From an uncultured Alphaproteobacteria bacterium (GTDB taxonomy: Bacteria > Pseudomonadota > Alphaproteobacteria > Rhizobiales > Xanthobacteraceae), in assembly GCA_963828645.1 (NCBI GenBank), contig CAWHFI010000002.1, positions 9,064 through 73,063 on the forward strand: 64,000 nucleotides of DNA, in the 5' to 3' direction. The notes beneath the pieces are model-generated. The model did not search any database. It was not told the DNA's origin and saw nothing but the letters and a program-made list of their open reading frames with translations. Shown here in pieces: positions 47,236-57,635 of the stretch; the stretch's first letter is position 1, and every line of letters starts with the position of its first letter. A program made the translations under genes and the position numbers.

Positions 47236-48451
47236 TCAAGCTTTTGCCGCCCGCCTGACCACGCCATCCACCGCTTCGGTCGGCTGCATCAGCGATGCAA
47301 ACAGCAAGCTCCACAGCGAAAGCGCGGCGATGGGGATCGTATAGTACTGGGTATAGGCGGGATGGATCATGAAGAAGGCCATATTCACCACCAGATTTAC
47401 CGCCGTAACCAGGGCCAGCGATCCAATCCCGCTGCGGCGACGCCAGCGCAGTATCCACGCGATCCATCCGCCTGCGAGCAACAGCAGGAGGAATTGAATG
47501 TCCGTGACGTAAGCCCAGATCACGCCGGCGTCCAAATTCATGGTCTTTGCTTCGGATGCCGAGTAGGTCGTTGCGAAAGGGCTGCCGGCATTGATCGCGT
47601 TTGCGATCAGGGTCGGTGCAATCCCGACCAAAAACGCCACCCCAAACAGTCCGCCCTCTGCAAATGTTTCCCAGTTCCTGGACTCTTAAAAAGGCGAACA
47701 GGAAAAACAGGAAATATCCGGCCGAGAGAAACAGATTGGCCACCCTGAAATCGACCGCGAGACCGAGCAGAAAACCAATCAGCATCGACACGAAAATGCG
47801 ACGGCGCTGTGGTGTTTTCACGAACAGACGGGCCGTCAAAAAACCGGCCAGGGCGCAGACCACCATCGTCGGCGCCATCGAATAGCTCGACTTGGTAGGG
47901 TTGATCATCATGTAAACCGCGACATCCGCAAACACCGCCGCCGAAAGGATCGACGGCGTTGTGGAGGCATAGGCAATGGCGAGCAGGCCGAAGCCAAAGA
48001 TGGCGATCGTCGCCAGGGCAAAAAGCGGAATGACCTGGTGCCCTTCCGGAAACAGCGCCATCAGCAAACCCGTTCCCGGCGGATACTGAATCACGAGTTT
48101 TTTGGTCATCGGCATGAAATTGTGACAGGGAGGCACCGTCGGATCCCTCCAATCGATCAGGTTCAATTCCTTCATTTTTGAAGACAGATAATGATCCTCA
48201 TCGCCGGCAACTCTGGTGTCCAGACCGCCCAATCCCAGTTTTTGAAACAGGTGGGCCTGCCTCAGATAGCAGAAGTCGTCATTCACCCCGCGAGCTTCGC
48301 TCCAGCCCGAAATCGACCAGATGTTGCTGGCCAGAATCAGAAAACACATCAGGCCGCAAGCGGCCTTCAAATATCGCATCGCTTGGTCCCGGGGCGGCGT
48401 CTCATGCACGCTTTCCGCGCAAATCGAATTGTCCGTCGTGGAAGCCTTCAT
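47236..48451 (-). CDS. Polytopic membrane protein, possibly a GT-C glycosyltransferase; +1 frameshift near 47683
   Basis: TM followed by NDDFCYLRQA, QYPPG, many TMs; continues in the 47236..47640 frame (SRNWETF...NAINAGSPFATTY); start uncertain. Confidence 0.6.
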
Positions 48452-48489
48452 AGATTTCGCGGCACCCAAGCGCAACCTGGGTTCTCCGC

Positions 48490-48972
48490 CTAACTCCAGG
48501 TCGCGGTCAGCTGCTTGCCCTGGAGCACCTCCGATAGCCGCAGGCGCGTACCCTCGGTGGTCCCGGCCGGCAGAGCCGCGGTATCGAAGAACCCGCAGGC
48601 GACGATCTCGCTGTTCGCCTCCGGCAGCCGATCCTGATGGAAATGCCTGACCACGTAGACCGCGACATGGTCGCGAGGGGACGTAGGGCTATTGTGGAAC
48701 AGACCGTGCAGGACCGGTTCGCCGGAGAGTTCGATTCGGCCCTCTTCCAACAACTCCCGTGCCAGCGCATCGCCGAATGTTTCGCCGACCTCGACGCCAC
48801 CGCCCGGCAAATGCCAGCCGGACATATAGCTGTGCTTGACCAGAAACACGCGGCCATCGCCGTCCAGCACCAGGGCGCGGACGCCGAGGGTCATGCCGCG
48901 GGCGAACCGCCAATACAGATGGAACATCTTCCGCAGCAACGGTTCGAACCTTCTGCGTATGTTCTGGCTCAT
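48490..48972 (-). CDS. Nudix hydrolase
   Basis: TLGVR, WHLPGGGVEVGE, RELLEEG. Confidence 0.9.
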   Translation of the reverse strand: MSQNIRRRFEPLLRKMFHLYWRFARGMTLGVRALVLDGDGRVFLVKHSYMSGWHLPGGGVEVGETFGDALARELLEEGRIELSGEPVLHGLFHNSPTSPRDHVAVYVVRHFHQDRLPEANSEIVACGFFDTAALPAGTTEGTRLRLSEVLQGKQLTATWS

Positions 48973-49116
48973 CTCCACGGAATTCCAACTCCTGACACCA
49001 CGTTGATCCTTGCGCCGGACTGGCCGGCTTGCCAATACATTGCAGGATGCCTGAGGATATCACGAGATAATGGCGCGGCGGCTCACTCTATCAGACGACC
49101 CGATCGGACCCTTCTG

Positions 49117-50008
49117 ATGGCCGTCTTCACGCTGGCTCACCTGTCCGATCCGCATCTTGCGCCGCTGCCTGACCCGCGGCTTTCCGAACTCGCCGGCAAA
49201 CGCGCGCTCGGCTATCTCAACTGGACCCGCAATCGCCAGAAATTCCATCGCCGCGACATGCTCGATGCGCTGGTATCGGACATGCAGGCGCAACAACCGG
49301 ATCAGATCGCGATCACCGGCGACCTCGTCAACCTCGCGCTGGAAGCCGAATTTGCTCCGGCGCTGAACTGGCTGGAGAGCGTCGGCGCACCGGACCGTGT
49401 CACCATCGTTCCCGGCAATCACGACGCTTACGTCCGGGCTACCCGGCATCGCTTTGCCGAGACATTTGCAGATTATCTCCGCGACGACGACGCGGCGGCC
49501 GGCCGTGCCGCATTCCCTTTTCTGCGTCGCCGCGGGCCGCTGGCGCTGATCGGCGTATCGTCGGCGGTGCCGACACTGCCGCTGATGGCGACGGGATGGC
49601 TTGGCCGCGCGCAACGCAAGGCGCTGGAGCGGATACTGACAGCAACTGTCCGCCGAACAGGTCTTTCGCGTGCTGCTGATTCATCATCCCCTGCGCTCGG
49701 GGTCGCGCGCCAAGCGGTTGACCGATTCAGGCCCGTTGCTTGCATTGCTGAAGCGCTACGGCGTCGAACTGATCCTGCACGGGCACGACCATGTTCACTC
49801 CACCATGGCGATCGACGGGCCGAACGGATCGATCCCCGCCATCGGCGTGCCCTCGGCCTCCGCGGTCGCCCATGGCCGCTATCCCTTCGCGGCCTATAAT
49901 CTGTTTTCGATCGATCGCGACGGCGATTCGTGGCACTGCGAACAGACCGTGCGCGGCATAGACGATGCGTTGCGCGTCGAGAAATTGCGGCGAACCACGC
50001 TGATGTAG
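49117..50008 (+). CDS. Calcineurin-like metallophosphoesterase; +1 frameshift near 49640
   Basis: HLSDPH, TGDLVN, PGNHD, then HHP and LHGHDH in the next frame. Confidence 0.9.
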
Positions 50009-50011
50009 GCG

Positions 50012-50566
50012 CTAGAAATTCCGCAGGGTCGCGAACAGCGCGAGGCCGAACAGCGCGAGCGCACCGATGAAGAACCCGAACGCGAAAATCCAGAATCCGC
50101 CGCGGCGCGGCTTTTCGACGATCACGGGTTTGGGCATCGGGGTCGCCACCATCGCGTGCTCGCGTTCGATCATGCGGCGCGCGACATAGCCGGTGACGGC
50201 ATTGACCATGGTCGCGATATCGTGCGATTCGGCGATCACGACCCGGCCGAAGCGGGTGTCCTGCACGAAGCGATAGATGCGCTTGTCGCGCCCCATCATG
50301 ACATGGGCCACCACGTCGATCCACAGCCGCGGCGTGTCGCCCTGGCTGATGCCGCGGTCGAACAGGTCGACCTTTTCCGGAATTTGCGCGAACAGCGGAT
50401 CGAGCGCCTCGCTCAGGAGTTCGAGCCGCGCGACCTCGGCGTCCCGCAGGTCGACGACGACACCGGTACGGTCGGCTGCCTCGATTCGCGCCAGCCGCAG
50501 CGCGTCGCGCAACCGCGTCGAACGCGGATCGACGGCGGGGCTCCCGGTGTTTCGCGCTTCTGACAT
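50012..50566 (-). CDS. Hypothetical protein with a C-terminal TM
   Basis: Natural composition, PRLWIDVVAHV...YRFVQDTRFGR, hydrophobic C-terminus. Confidence 0.75.
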   Translation of the reverse strand: MSEARNTGSPAVDPRSTRLRDALRLARIEAADRTGVVVDLRDAEVARLELLSEALDPLFAQIPEKVDLFDRGISQGDTPRLWIDVVAHVMMGRDKRIYRFVQDTRFGRVVIAESHDIATMVNAVTGYVARRMIEREHAMVATPMPKPVIVEKPRRGGFWIFAFGFFIGALALFGLALFATLRNF

Positions 50567-50602
50567 CCCCTGGGCGGCCTGTTCTGACGGGTTGCGAATA
50601 CG

Positions 50603-50618
50603 TTAACCTATCAGTAAC
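50603..50618. promoter_or_regulatory. Possible CtrA box
   Basis: TTAA-cctatca-GTAAC upstream of the 50012..50566 gene. Confidence 0.35.
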
Positions 50619-50670
50619 CAGGTTTTTCGCAAAGGTGGTTTGTTCCCAAAGGGTTAAAAGCCCACCGTTA

Positions 50671-50694
50671 CCTCTTCCCGCTTACGGGAAGAGG
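50671..50694. repeat. Single family C hairpin, possibly acting as a terminator
   Basis: cctcttcccg-ctta-cgggaagagg. Confidence 0.55.
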
Positions 50695-50716
50695 TAGAGG
50701 AGCGTGCGACGCCCTG

Positions 50717-50920
50717 TCAGGCCATCGCCCGGCTCGGTTCTTCCACGATCGAGAAACGCACGCCGGCCTTGTGGCGGTTCTCTTCCGAGACCGTGCGCCA
50801 GGCGTCTTCTGCCTCGCCACGGGACTTGAACGGACCCTGGACCTGGGCCGAGCCTTCCACCAGCTTGTGGAAATTCATCGAACCGAACTCGCCGCCGATC
50901 ACCCAGAAATTACTCGCCAT
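50717..50920 (-). CDS. Small protein (DUF4170-like) downstream of aceA
   Basis: WVIGGEF...GPF...AEDAWR; strong RBS GAGGAGG. Confidence 0.75.
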   Translation of the reverse strand: MASNFWVIGGEFGSMNFHKLVEGSAQVQGPFKSRGEAEDAWRTVSEENRHKAGVRFSIVEEPSRAMA

Positions 50921-50956
50921 GATAGCCTCCTCTTGTTGCCGTTAGTTTGATTGCCG

Positions 50957-52598
50957 TTAGCCGAACTGGTTCATCGTGTTGTGCGCGCCGCCCGCTTTCA
51001 GCGCGGCCGCACCGGCGAAATATTCCTTGTGATCGTCGCCGATATCGGAGCCGGCCATATTCTGATGCCTGGCGCAGGCGATACCCTGACGGATCTCCTC
51101 GCGCTGAACGTTCTTCACATAGCCCAGCATGCCCTGGTCGCCGAAATATTCCTTCGCAAGATTGTCGGTCGAAAGAGCCATCGTGTGATAGGTCGGCAGC
51201 GTGATCAGATGGTGGAAGATGCCGGCACGCTTCGCCGAATCGGCCTGGAAGGTGCGGATGCGCTCGTCGGCTTCGATCGCCAATGGCGTATCGTCGTATT
51301 CCGGCTTCATCAGTTCGGCCCGGTTATATTTGCCGACGTCCTTGCCGGCTTCCTTCATCGCGTCGTAGACCTGCCAGCGGAAATTCAGCGTCCAGTTGAA
51401 CGACGGCGAATTGTTGTAGGCCAGCTTGGCGTCGGGAATCACCTCGCGAATGCGGTCAACCATCCCGGCGATCTGCTCGATATGCGGCTTCTCGGTCTCG
51501 ATCCACAGCAGGTCGGCGCCATTCTGCAGCGACGTGATGCAGTCAAGCACGCAGCGATCCTCGCCCGTGCCGGCACGGAACTGATAGAGGTTGCTGGCAA
51601 GCCGCTTCGGACGCATCATCTTGCCGCCGCGGTTGATGATCACGTCGCCATTCCGCGCATTGGCAGCCGTCACTTCCTCGCAATCCAGGAAGCTGTTGTA
51701 TTGATCGCCGAGGTCGCCTTGCGTGTGGCTGACCGCGATTTGCTGCGTGAGGCCGGCGCCGAGCGAGTCGGTGCGGGTCACGACGATGCCGTCTTCAACG
51801 CCAAGTTCGAGGAAGGCATGGCGGCACGCGCGGATTTTCGCCAGGAACACCTCGTGCGGCACAGTCACCTTGCCGTCCTGGTGGCCGCACTGCTTTTCGT
51901 CGGACACCTGATTTTCGATCTGCAGCGCGCAAGCGCCTGCCTCGATCATCTTCTTTGCCAGAAGATAGGTCGCCTCCGCGTTGCCAAAACCGGCGTCGAT
52001 GTCGGCGATAACGGGCACGACGTGGGTCTGGAAGTTGTCGATCTTTTCGATCAGCGCCTTTTCCCTGGCCTGGTCGCCTGCCTTGCGGGCGGCGTCGAGG
52101 GCGCGGAAGATATCATTGAGTTCACGGGAGTCCGCCTGGCGGAGGAAGGTGTACAACTCTTCGATCAGCGCCGGGACCGAGGTCTTCTCGTGCATCGACT
52201 GATCGGGAAGCGGTCCGAACTCCGAGCGAAGTGCTGCGATCATCCAGCCCGAGAGATACAGATAACGGCGATCGGTCCTGCCGCCGAAGTGCTTCTTAAT
52301 CGAAATCAGCTTCTGCTGGGCGATGAAACCATGCCAGCAACCGAGCGACTGGGTGTACTTGGTGGGGTCTGTGTCATAGGCGGCCATGTCGGCGCGCATC
52401 AGCGCCGCGGTGTACCGGGCAATGTCCAGCCCGGTCTTGAAGCGGTTCTGCAGGCGCATGCGCGCCACGGCCTCGGCGGTGACACCAGTCCAGTGTCGGC
52501 TTGGTCTCAAGGAGCGCTTGAGCGGCTCCAATCTCGCCCAGGTAGGAAGCCGGTCCCTGGATCGCCTGGTCGCTGATACCGCGTGGCTGGTAATTCAT
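50957..52598 (-). CDS. aceA: Isocitrate lyase; +1 frameshift near 52494
   Basis: YLSGW, ADIDAGFG, EKQCGH, LWIETEKP, AYNNSPSFNW; N-terminus MNYQPRG lies in the adjacent frame. Confidence 0.95.
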
Positions 52599-52702
52599 CT
52601 TAGTGTTCCCTGACATTCTTGACAACGCGTTGCAAAATGCGTGTCCAGAGCTAAACGCCAGAGCTGTTAATTCGTACAGATGGCTTGTCATGGATTGGTG
52701 AT

Positions 52703-52755
52703 GTGATGTAACATCACGACTTGTAATAGATGTTATATTGTCAATTTTGTCACAA
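52703..52755. promoter_or_regulatory. AT-rich operator-like region between aceA and its divergent regulator
   Basis: Perfect IR GTGATGT-A-ACATCAC (52703-52717) and tandem TTGTCA repeats (52738-52755). Confidence 0.45.
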
Positions 52756-52765
52756 TCCCATCAAC

Positions 52766-52845
52766 GTCATTCCGGGATGGTCCAAAGGACCAGACCCGGA
52801 ATCTCGAGATTCCGGGTTCGATGCTTCGCATCGCCCCGGAATGAC
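52766..52845. repeat. Family B repeat
   Basis: gtcattccggg...ccggaatctcgagattccggg...ccccggaatgac. Confidence 0.9.
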
Positions 52846-52876
52846 GACTTAGGCCGACATGGGTCAGGAGACCGCA

Positions 52877-54322
52877 ATGGCAGGCGATTCCGCGAAAAAA
52901 CTGTTCGTCGGCCCCCGGTTCCGGCGGATCCGCCAGCAATTGGGGCTGTCGCAGACCCAGATCGCCGAGGGGCTCGGCATTTCTCCGAGCTACATCAACC
53001 TGATCGAGCGCAACCAGCGTCCGGTGACGGCGCAGATGCTGATGCGGCTGGCCCAGACCTATGACCTCGATCTGCGCGACCTCGCCAGCGCCGACGAGGA
53101 CCGCTTCTTTGCCGAGTTGAACGAGATCTTTTCCGATCCGCTGTTCCGGCAGATCGACTTGCCGAAGCAGGAATTGCGCGATCTCGCCGAACTCTGCCCC
53201 GGCATTACCCATTCCCTGCAAAGATTGTACGCCGCCTATACCGAGGCCCGCCGTGGCGAGACGCTGGTCGCCGCCCAAATGGCCGACCGCGACGACGGCA
53301 GCCGGTTCGAGGCCAATCCGATCGAGCGCGTCCGCGAATTGATCGAGGCCAACCGCAATTATTTTCCCGAGCTCGAGCAGGCCGCGGAAAACCTGCGCGA
53401 CGAATTGAACGTGCCGGCCGAGGGTCTGTTCGCCGCCCTCGCCGGCCGCTTGCGCGAAAAGCATTCGATCGTCACCCGCATCATGCCGGTCGATGTCATG
53501 CGCGAGACCTTGCGGCGGTTCGACCGGCATCGCCGGCAATTGCTGATCTCGGAACTGGTGGATGGTTCCGGCCGCGCGTTCCAGTTGGCGTTCCAGATCG
53601 GGCTTGCCGAATGCAACGCCGGCTTCGAGACCATCGTCGGCCGCGCCGGTCCGCTCGACGACACGCCGCGCCGGCTGTACCGGATCACGCTGGCGAATTA
53701 TTTCGCGGCATGCGTCATGATGCCCTATCAGGCGTTCCACAATGCCGCGGAGAGTCTGAGCTACGACGTTCACGTGCTGGCGCAGCGTTTCAACGCCGGC
53801 TTCGAGCAGGTCTGCCACCGCCTGACCACGCTGCAGCGGCCCAATGCCCGCGGCATTCCGTTCTTCCTGCTGCGGGTCGACAATGCCGGCAATGTGTCCA
53901 AGCGATTCTCGTCCGGCACCTTTCCGTTTTCGAAATTCGGCGGCACCTGCCCGCTCTGGAATGTGCATTCGACCTTCGACACCCCGGACCGCCTGCTCAA
54001 GCAGGTGATCGAATTGCCCGACGGTACCCGCTATTTCTCGATCGCGCAGATGGTGCGCCGCCCGGTGGCGCCGCACCCGCAGCCGCAACCGCGTTTCGCC
54101 ATCGGCTTGGGCTGTGAAATCCGCCATGCGTCGAGGCTCGTCTACGCCACCGGCATGGACCTGGAAAAAACCGAGGGCACGCCGATCGGCGTCAACTGCC
54201 GTCTCTGCGAACGCGAAAACTGCAGCCAGCGCGCCGAGCCGCCGATCACCCGCACCCTGATCCTGGACGAGAACACAAGGCGGGTGTCGTCGTTCGCGTT
54301 CAGCAATGCGCGGGAGTTGTGA
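52877..54322 (+). CDS. Short-chain fatty acyl-CoA regulator (ScfR; RamB/PrpR/PccR-like XRE family)
   Basis: LGISPSYINLIERNQRP, EQVCHRLTTLQRP, DNAGNVSKR, GTCPLW, IGVNCRLCERENCSQRAEPP. Confidence 0.92.
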   Translation: MAGDSAKKLFVGPRFRRIRQQLGLSQTQIAEGLGISPSYINLIERNQRPVTAQMLMRLAQTYDLDLRDLASADEDRFFAELNEIFSDPLFRQIDLPKQELRDLAELCPGITHSLQRLYAAYTEARRGETLVAAQMADRDDGSRFEANPIERVRELIEANRNYFPELEQAAENLRDELNVPAEGLFAALAGRLREKHSIVTRIMPVDVMRETLRRFDRHRRQLLISELVDGSGRAFQLAFQIGLAECNAGFETIVGRAGPLDDTPRRLYRITLANYFAACVMMPYQAFHNAAESLSYDVHVLAQRFNAGFEQVCHRLTTLQRPNARGIPFFLLRVDNAGNVSKRFSSGTFPFSKFGGTCPLWNVHSTFDTPDRLLKQVIELPDGTRYFSIAQMVRRPVAPHPQPQPRFAIGLGCEIRHASRLVYATGMDLEKTEGTPIGVNCRLCERENCSQRAEPPITRTLILDENTRRVSSFAFSNAREL

Positions 54323-54380
54323 GGGTTGCGTTTTATCTGAGAATGGAAAAGAGATGCACGATGCTGCTTCACAGGAGGTC

Positions 54381-54633
54381 GTCATCGCCCGCGAAAGCAG
54401 GGATCCAGTACGCCGCGGCTTCTCATTCAGTCATCGGCATCTCTTGAAGATGCATCGTCCGGTCAAGTCGGACGATGACAGCGGAGAATATGCGACAACT
54501 AACGACGTCATTGTGAGCCATCGGGTCCGGCTCGAAGCGCCGCCCGATGACAGGCTCCGCGAAGCAATCCAGCTTTCAAACTTATGCACGAAGCAAGCTG
54601 GATTGCTTCGTCGCTGTCGCTCCTCGCAATGAC
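54381..54633. repeat. Cluster of CGTC-type palindromic repeats (54381-54479 and family F 54507-54633 with inserted module)
   Basis: gtcatcg...cgatgac; gtcattg...gcaatcc...ggattgc...gcaatgac. Confidence 0.75.
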
Positions 54634-54643
54634 GAGCGTTCGA

Positions 54644-55040
54644 TTCCCGCGGCGCGATTTCGCCCGGGTTGTGCATTTCGTTCCGCCCCGAAAGGGCGTG
54701 GGGAATGCCGGGCGCCCAATGCACCCATAGCCCCGCGTGCAAAAAAGTAGAGAGCACACGAGTGTAGTCCACTACGAGTCCACCGGAATTACCCGACATT
54801 CCCGCACGCGACGGTTTACGGCTTATACGCGATCTCCTCGGCGAGCCCCGCTCTGTTGCCACCGTCGCTTAAGCGATTTGTCTTCGCCAGCTTGACACCG
54901 GCGTGAGGGTGTCAGGACCACACGATTTCGCCATCCGCGACTGATGCTCTCGTCACAAAGCACCATCCCGCGTCCATCGCATCCCGCACCCTGCGTTCGT
55001 GACGACCGCGAACGCCCCTTCTGGGTGGGCGGGGACGGCA
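54644..55040 (-). ncRNA. Candidate ~400-nt structured non-coding RNA or non-autonomous repeat element
   Basis: No credible ORF; nested helices 54696-54712/54792-54809, 54893-54899/54908-54914, 54993-54999/55009-55015, 54981-54991/55023-55036; strand tentative. Confidence 0.45.
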
Positions 55041-55149
55041 AGAGGTGTAGAACTGATTTGGATGTTCTGAAAAGCAGAATATTTTTCGCCGAGGGGCTTG
55101 ACAGGATTTTGGTGATTTGCCCGTCGGGTAGTCACATTCAGCTTCTTGC

Positions 55150-55256
55150 GGGTTAGCCAACAGGTCCGCGCAGGCGCGGCCCGATGACAGGCTCCGCGTA
55201 AACCCACCTCTTTATCGCGGGCGAGCGGCGGATTACGCTTCGCTAATCCGCCCTAC
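55150..55256. repeat. GTAG-type REP pair, left unit carrying the inserted module
   Basis: ggcggatta-cgcttcgc-taatccgcc-CTAC (55227-55256); gggttagc[module]gcgtaaaccc. Confidence 0.75.
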
Positions 55257-55274
55257 TGTACTAAGGACGAGTGA

Positions 55275-56600
55275 ATGCGAATGTTTCCAAAATTTTTTAT
55301 CGCGGCAGCGCTGCTCGCGCTTCCGTGTGCGCTACAGTCGGCCACGGCTCAATTATTTCCCGCTCCAGCCAGACCAGTTGCGGCTCCGGCCAGGCCGCCT
55401 GCCGCGCCGTCGCCGCGCGCGGCCTCCTGCCACAACGGCATGAGCTTCGACCAGTTCCTCGCCGACCTGAAGCAGCAGGCGCTCGCCGCCGGCGTGTCGC
55501 AGCGCGCGCTGGCCGAAGCCTCGCCGGGTCTGGTATACGACCAGGGCATCGTCAACCGCGACCGCGGCCAGCGGGTGTTCGGGCAGGTGTTCACCGAATT
55601 TGCCGGCCGCATGGCCGCCAGCTATCGGATGCAGCAGGGCCAGGCCAAGATCAAAACCTATGCCGCGGCGTTCGCGCGCGCCGAGAAGGAATATGGCGTG
55701 CCGCCAGCGGTGATCGCCGCGTTCTGGGGACTGGAAAGCGATTTCGGCGCCAACATGGGCAACCTGCCGACCCTGCGTTCGCTGGTGTCGCTGGCCTATG
55801 ACTGCCGGCGCTCGGAGATGTTCGCCAAGGAGACCATCGCCGCCCTGAAGATCATCGATCGCGGCGATCTCACGCCGGGCGAAATGATCGGCTCATGGGC
55901 CGGTGAACTCGGCCAGACCCAATTCCTGCCGACGCATTATTTCAACTACGCGGTCGATTACGACGGCGACGGCCATCGCAATTTGCTGCGCAGCCCGGAG
56001 GACGTGATCGGCTCGACCGCGAACTATATCGCCACCGGCCTGAAATGGCGGCGCGGCGAGCCCTGGCTGCAGGAAGTGCGCGTGCCGCAAAATCTCCCGT
56101 GGGAGCAGGCCGACCTGACGACGCAACTGCCGCGTTCGAAATGGCTGCAGCTTGGCGTGACCTATCCGGACGGCAAGCCATTGCCGAACGACGATATGCC
56201 GGCCTCGGTGCTGCTGCCGATGGGCCGTACCGGGCCGGCGTTTCTGGCCTATGCGAATTTCGCCGCTTACACCGAATGGAACAACTCGCTGATCTATTCG
56301 ACCACCGCCGGCTATCTCGCCTCCCGCATCGCCGGCGCGCCGCCGATGCTTCGTCCGGCAACACCGGTGGTGCAGCTGCCGTTCAACGAGTTGCGCGAAC
56401 TGCAGCAATTATTGGTGCGCGCCGGCTTCAATGTCGGCAAGGTCGACGGCGTCATGGGCCAGCAGAGCCGAACGGCCGTGAAGGCGATGCAGATCAAATA
56501 CGGCCTGCCGGCGGATTCCTGGCCGACGGCTGAATTGCTGGCGCGAATGCGCGGGCCGCGCGCGGCGCCGATGGCGCCGGGATCAGTTGTTGTGCGCTAG
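55275..56600 (+). CDS. Lytic murein transglycosylase (MltB family) with a peptidoglycan-binding domain
   Basis: WGLESDFG, GSWAGELGQTQFLP, VDYDGDG, GKVDGVMG. Confidence 0.93.
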   Translation: MRMFPKFFIAAALLALPCALQSATAQLFPAPARPVAAPARPPAAPSPRAASCHNGMSFDQFLADLKQQALAAGVSQRALAEASPGLVYDQGIVNRDRGQRVFGQVFTEFAGRMAASYRMQQGQAKIKTYAAAFARAEKEYGVPPAVIAAFWGLESDFGANMGNLPTLRSLVSLAYDCRRSEMFAKETIAALKIIDRGDLTPGEMIGSWAGELGQTQFLPTHYFNYAVDYDGDGHRNLLRSPEDVIGSTANYIATGLKWRRGEPWLQEVRVPQNLPWEQADLTTQLPRSKWLQLGVTYPDGKPLPNDDMPASVLLPMGRTGPAFLAYANFAAYTEWNNSLIYSTTAGYLASRIAGAPPMLRPATPVVQLPFNELRELQQLLVRAGFNVGKVDGVMGQQSRTAVKAMQIKYGLPADSWPTAELLARMRGPRAAPMAPGSVVVR

Positions 56601-56605
56601 TTTTC

Positions 56606-56720
56606 ACCTCTCCCCTTGTGGGAGAGGTCGGATTGCATCGCCAGATGCAATCCGGGTGAGGGGTTACAGACTATCGATAGACCGGAACCCCTCACCCCAT
56701 CTCCCACAAGGGGAGAGGGA
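56606..56720. repeat. Family C repeat
   Basis: cctctccccttgtgggagagg...ctcccacaaggggagaggg. Confidence 0.85.
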
Positions 56721-56780
56721 GCGCACTTCGTTTGTTGAACTACTAGTCTTCCGCTACAACTCAACCGAAAGAAACACCCC

Positions 56781-57281
56781 ATGTCCTTTTACGACGCCTC
56801 CGTTCCCGCGTTCCTGCAAATCCTCGGCGCGCTCTCCGGCATTCTCACCAAAACCGAAGCCCATTGCGAGGCCAGGAAAATCCAGCCTGATGTTCTGTTC
56901 AATGCGCGGCTGTTTCCCGACATGCTGCCGCTGAGCAAGCAGGTCCAGCTTGCCTGCGATTTCGCCGCCAAGGGCTGCGCCCGACTGACGCACAGCGAGG
57001 TGCCGTCGACGCCGGACACTGAAAAGACCTTCGCCGAACTGAAGCAGCGGCTCGCCAAAACAATCGACTATGTGAAGACCTTCAAGCCGGCGCAATTCGA
57101 GGGCGCCGACACGCGCGAGGTCACCTTTCCGGTCGGTCCCACGACCATGACCGTCACCGGCCAGCAATTCCTCAACCGTTTCGCGTTCCCGAATTTCTAT
57201 TTCCATGCCGCCACCGCCCACGGCATCCTGCGCCATAACGGCGTGGAAATCGGCAAACGCGATTTTCTCGGCGTGAGTTGA
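56781..57281 (+). CDS. DUF1993 family protein
   Basis: RLFPDMLPL..QV, PNFYFHAATAHGILRHNGVEIGKRDF. Confidence 0.9.
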   Translation: MSFYDASVPAFLQILGALSGILTKTEAHCEARKIQPDVLFNARLFPDMLPLSKQVQLACDFAAKGCARLTHSEVPSTPDTEKTFAELKQRLAKTIDYVKTFKPAQFEGADTREVTFPVGPTTMTVTGQQFLNRFAFPNFYFHAATAHGILRHNGVEIGKRDFLGVS

Positions 57282-57310
57282 TCTTGGAACGCCGCCATTA
57301 CAAGAGCGCT

Positions 57311-57440
57311 CCCTCGCCCCGCACTTGCGGGGTGTAGGTCTCTGTGGGTGAGGGGCTCTCTCAGAGCAGCCGACTGCGCTGAGAGTCCCCCTCACCCGAA
57401 GCCTTCAGCCTCGACCTCTCCCCGCAAGCGGGGCGAGGGA
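57311..57440. repeat. Family C repeat
   Basis: ccctcgccccgcacttgcgggg...ctctccccgcaagcggggcgaggg. Confidence 0.85.
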
Positions 57441-57635
57441 AGCCCGCGTCATTGCGAACCCGGAATACCAGCCGGGATGACTATACTGCCTTGTCCGCGA
57501 TCTCGAATCATTCATCCTATTGACGCTGATTACATTGCAAGCATCATCCCCTGCTAATCTGCACTCGCAATGGCATTGCGACCCATGGCAACAATGCCCA
57601 CCTCTTTCTCACCTGCCATTTCCTGGAACAACAAC

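Noticed and set aside
54323-55270. CRISPR array, tRNA, rRNA or group II intron in the long intergenic region
   Set aside because: No direct repeat-spacer periodicity, cloverleaf, rRNA signature or convincing intron domain V/RT ORF; no cas genes in the window
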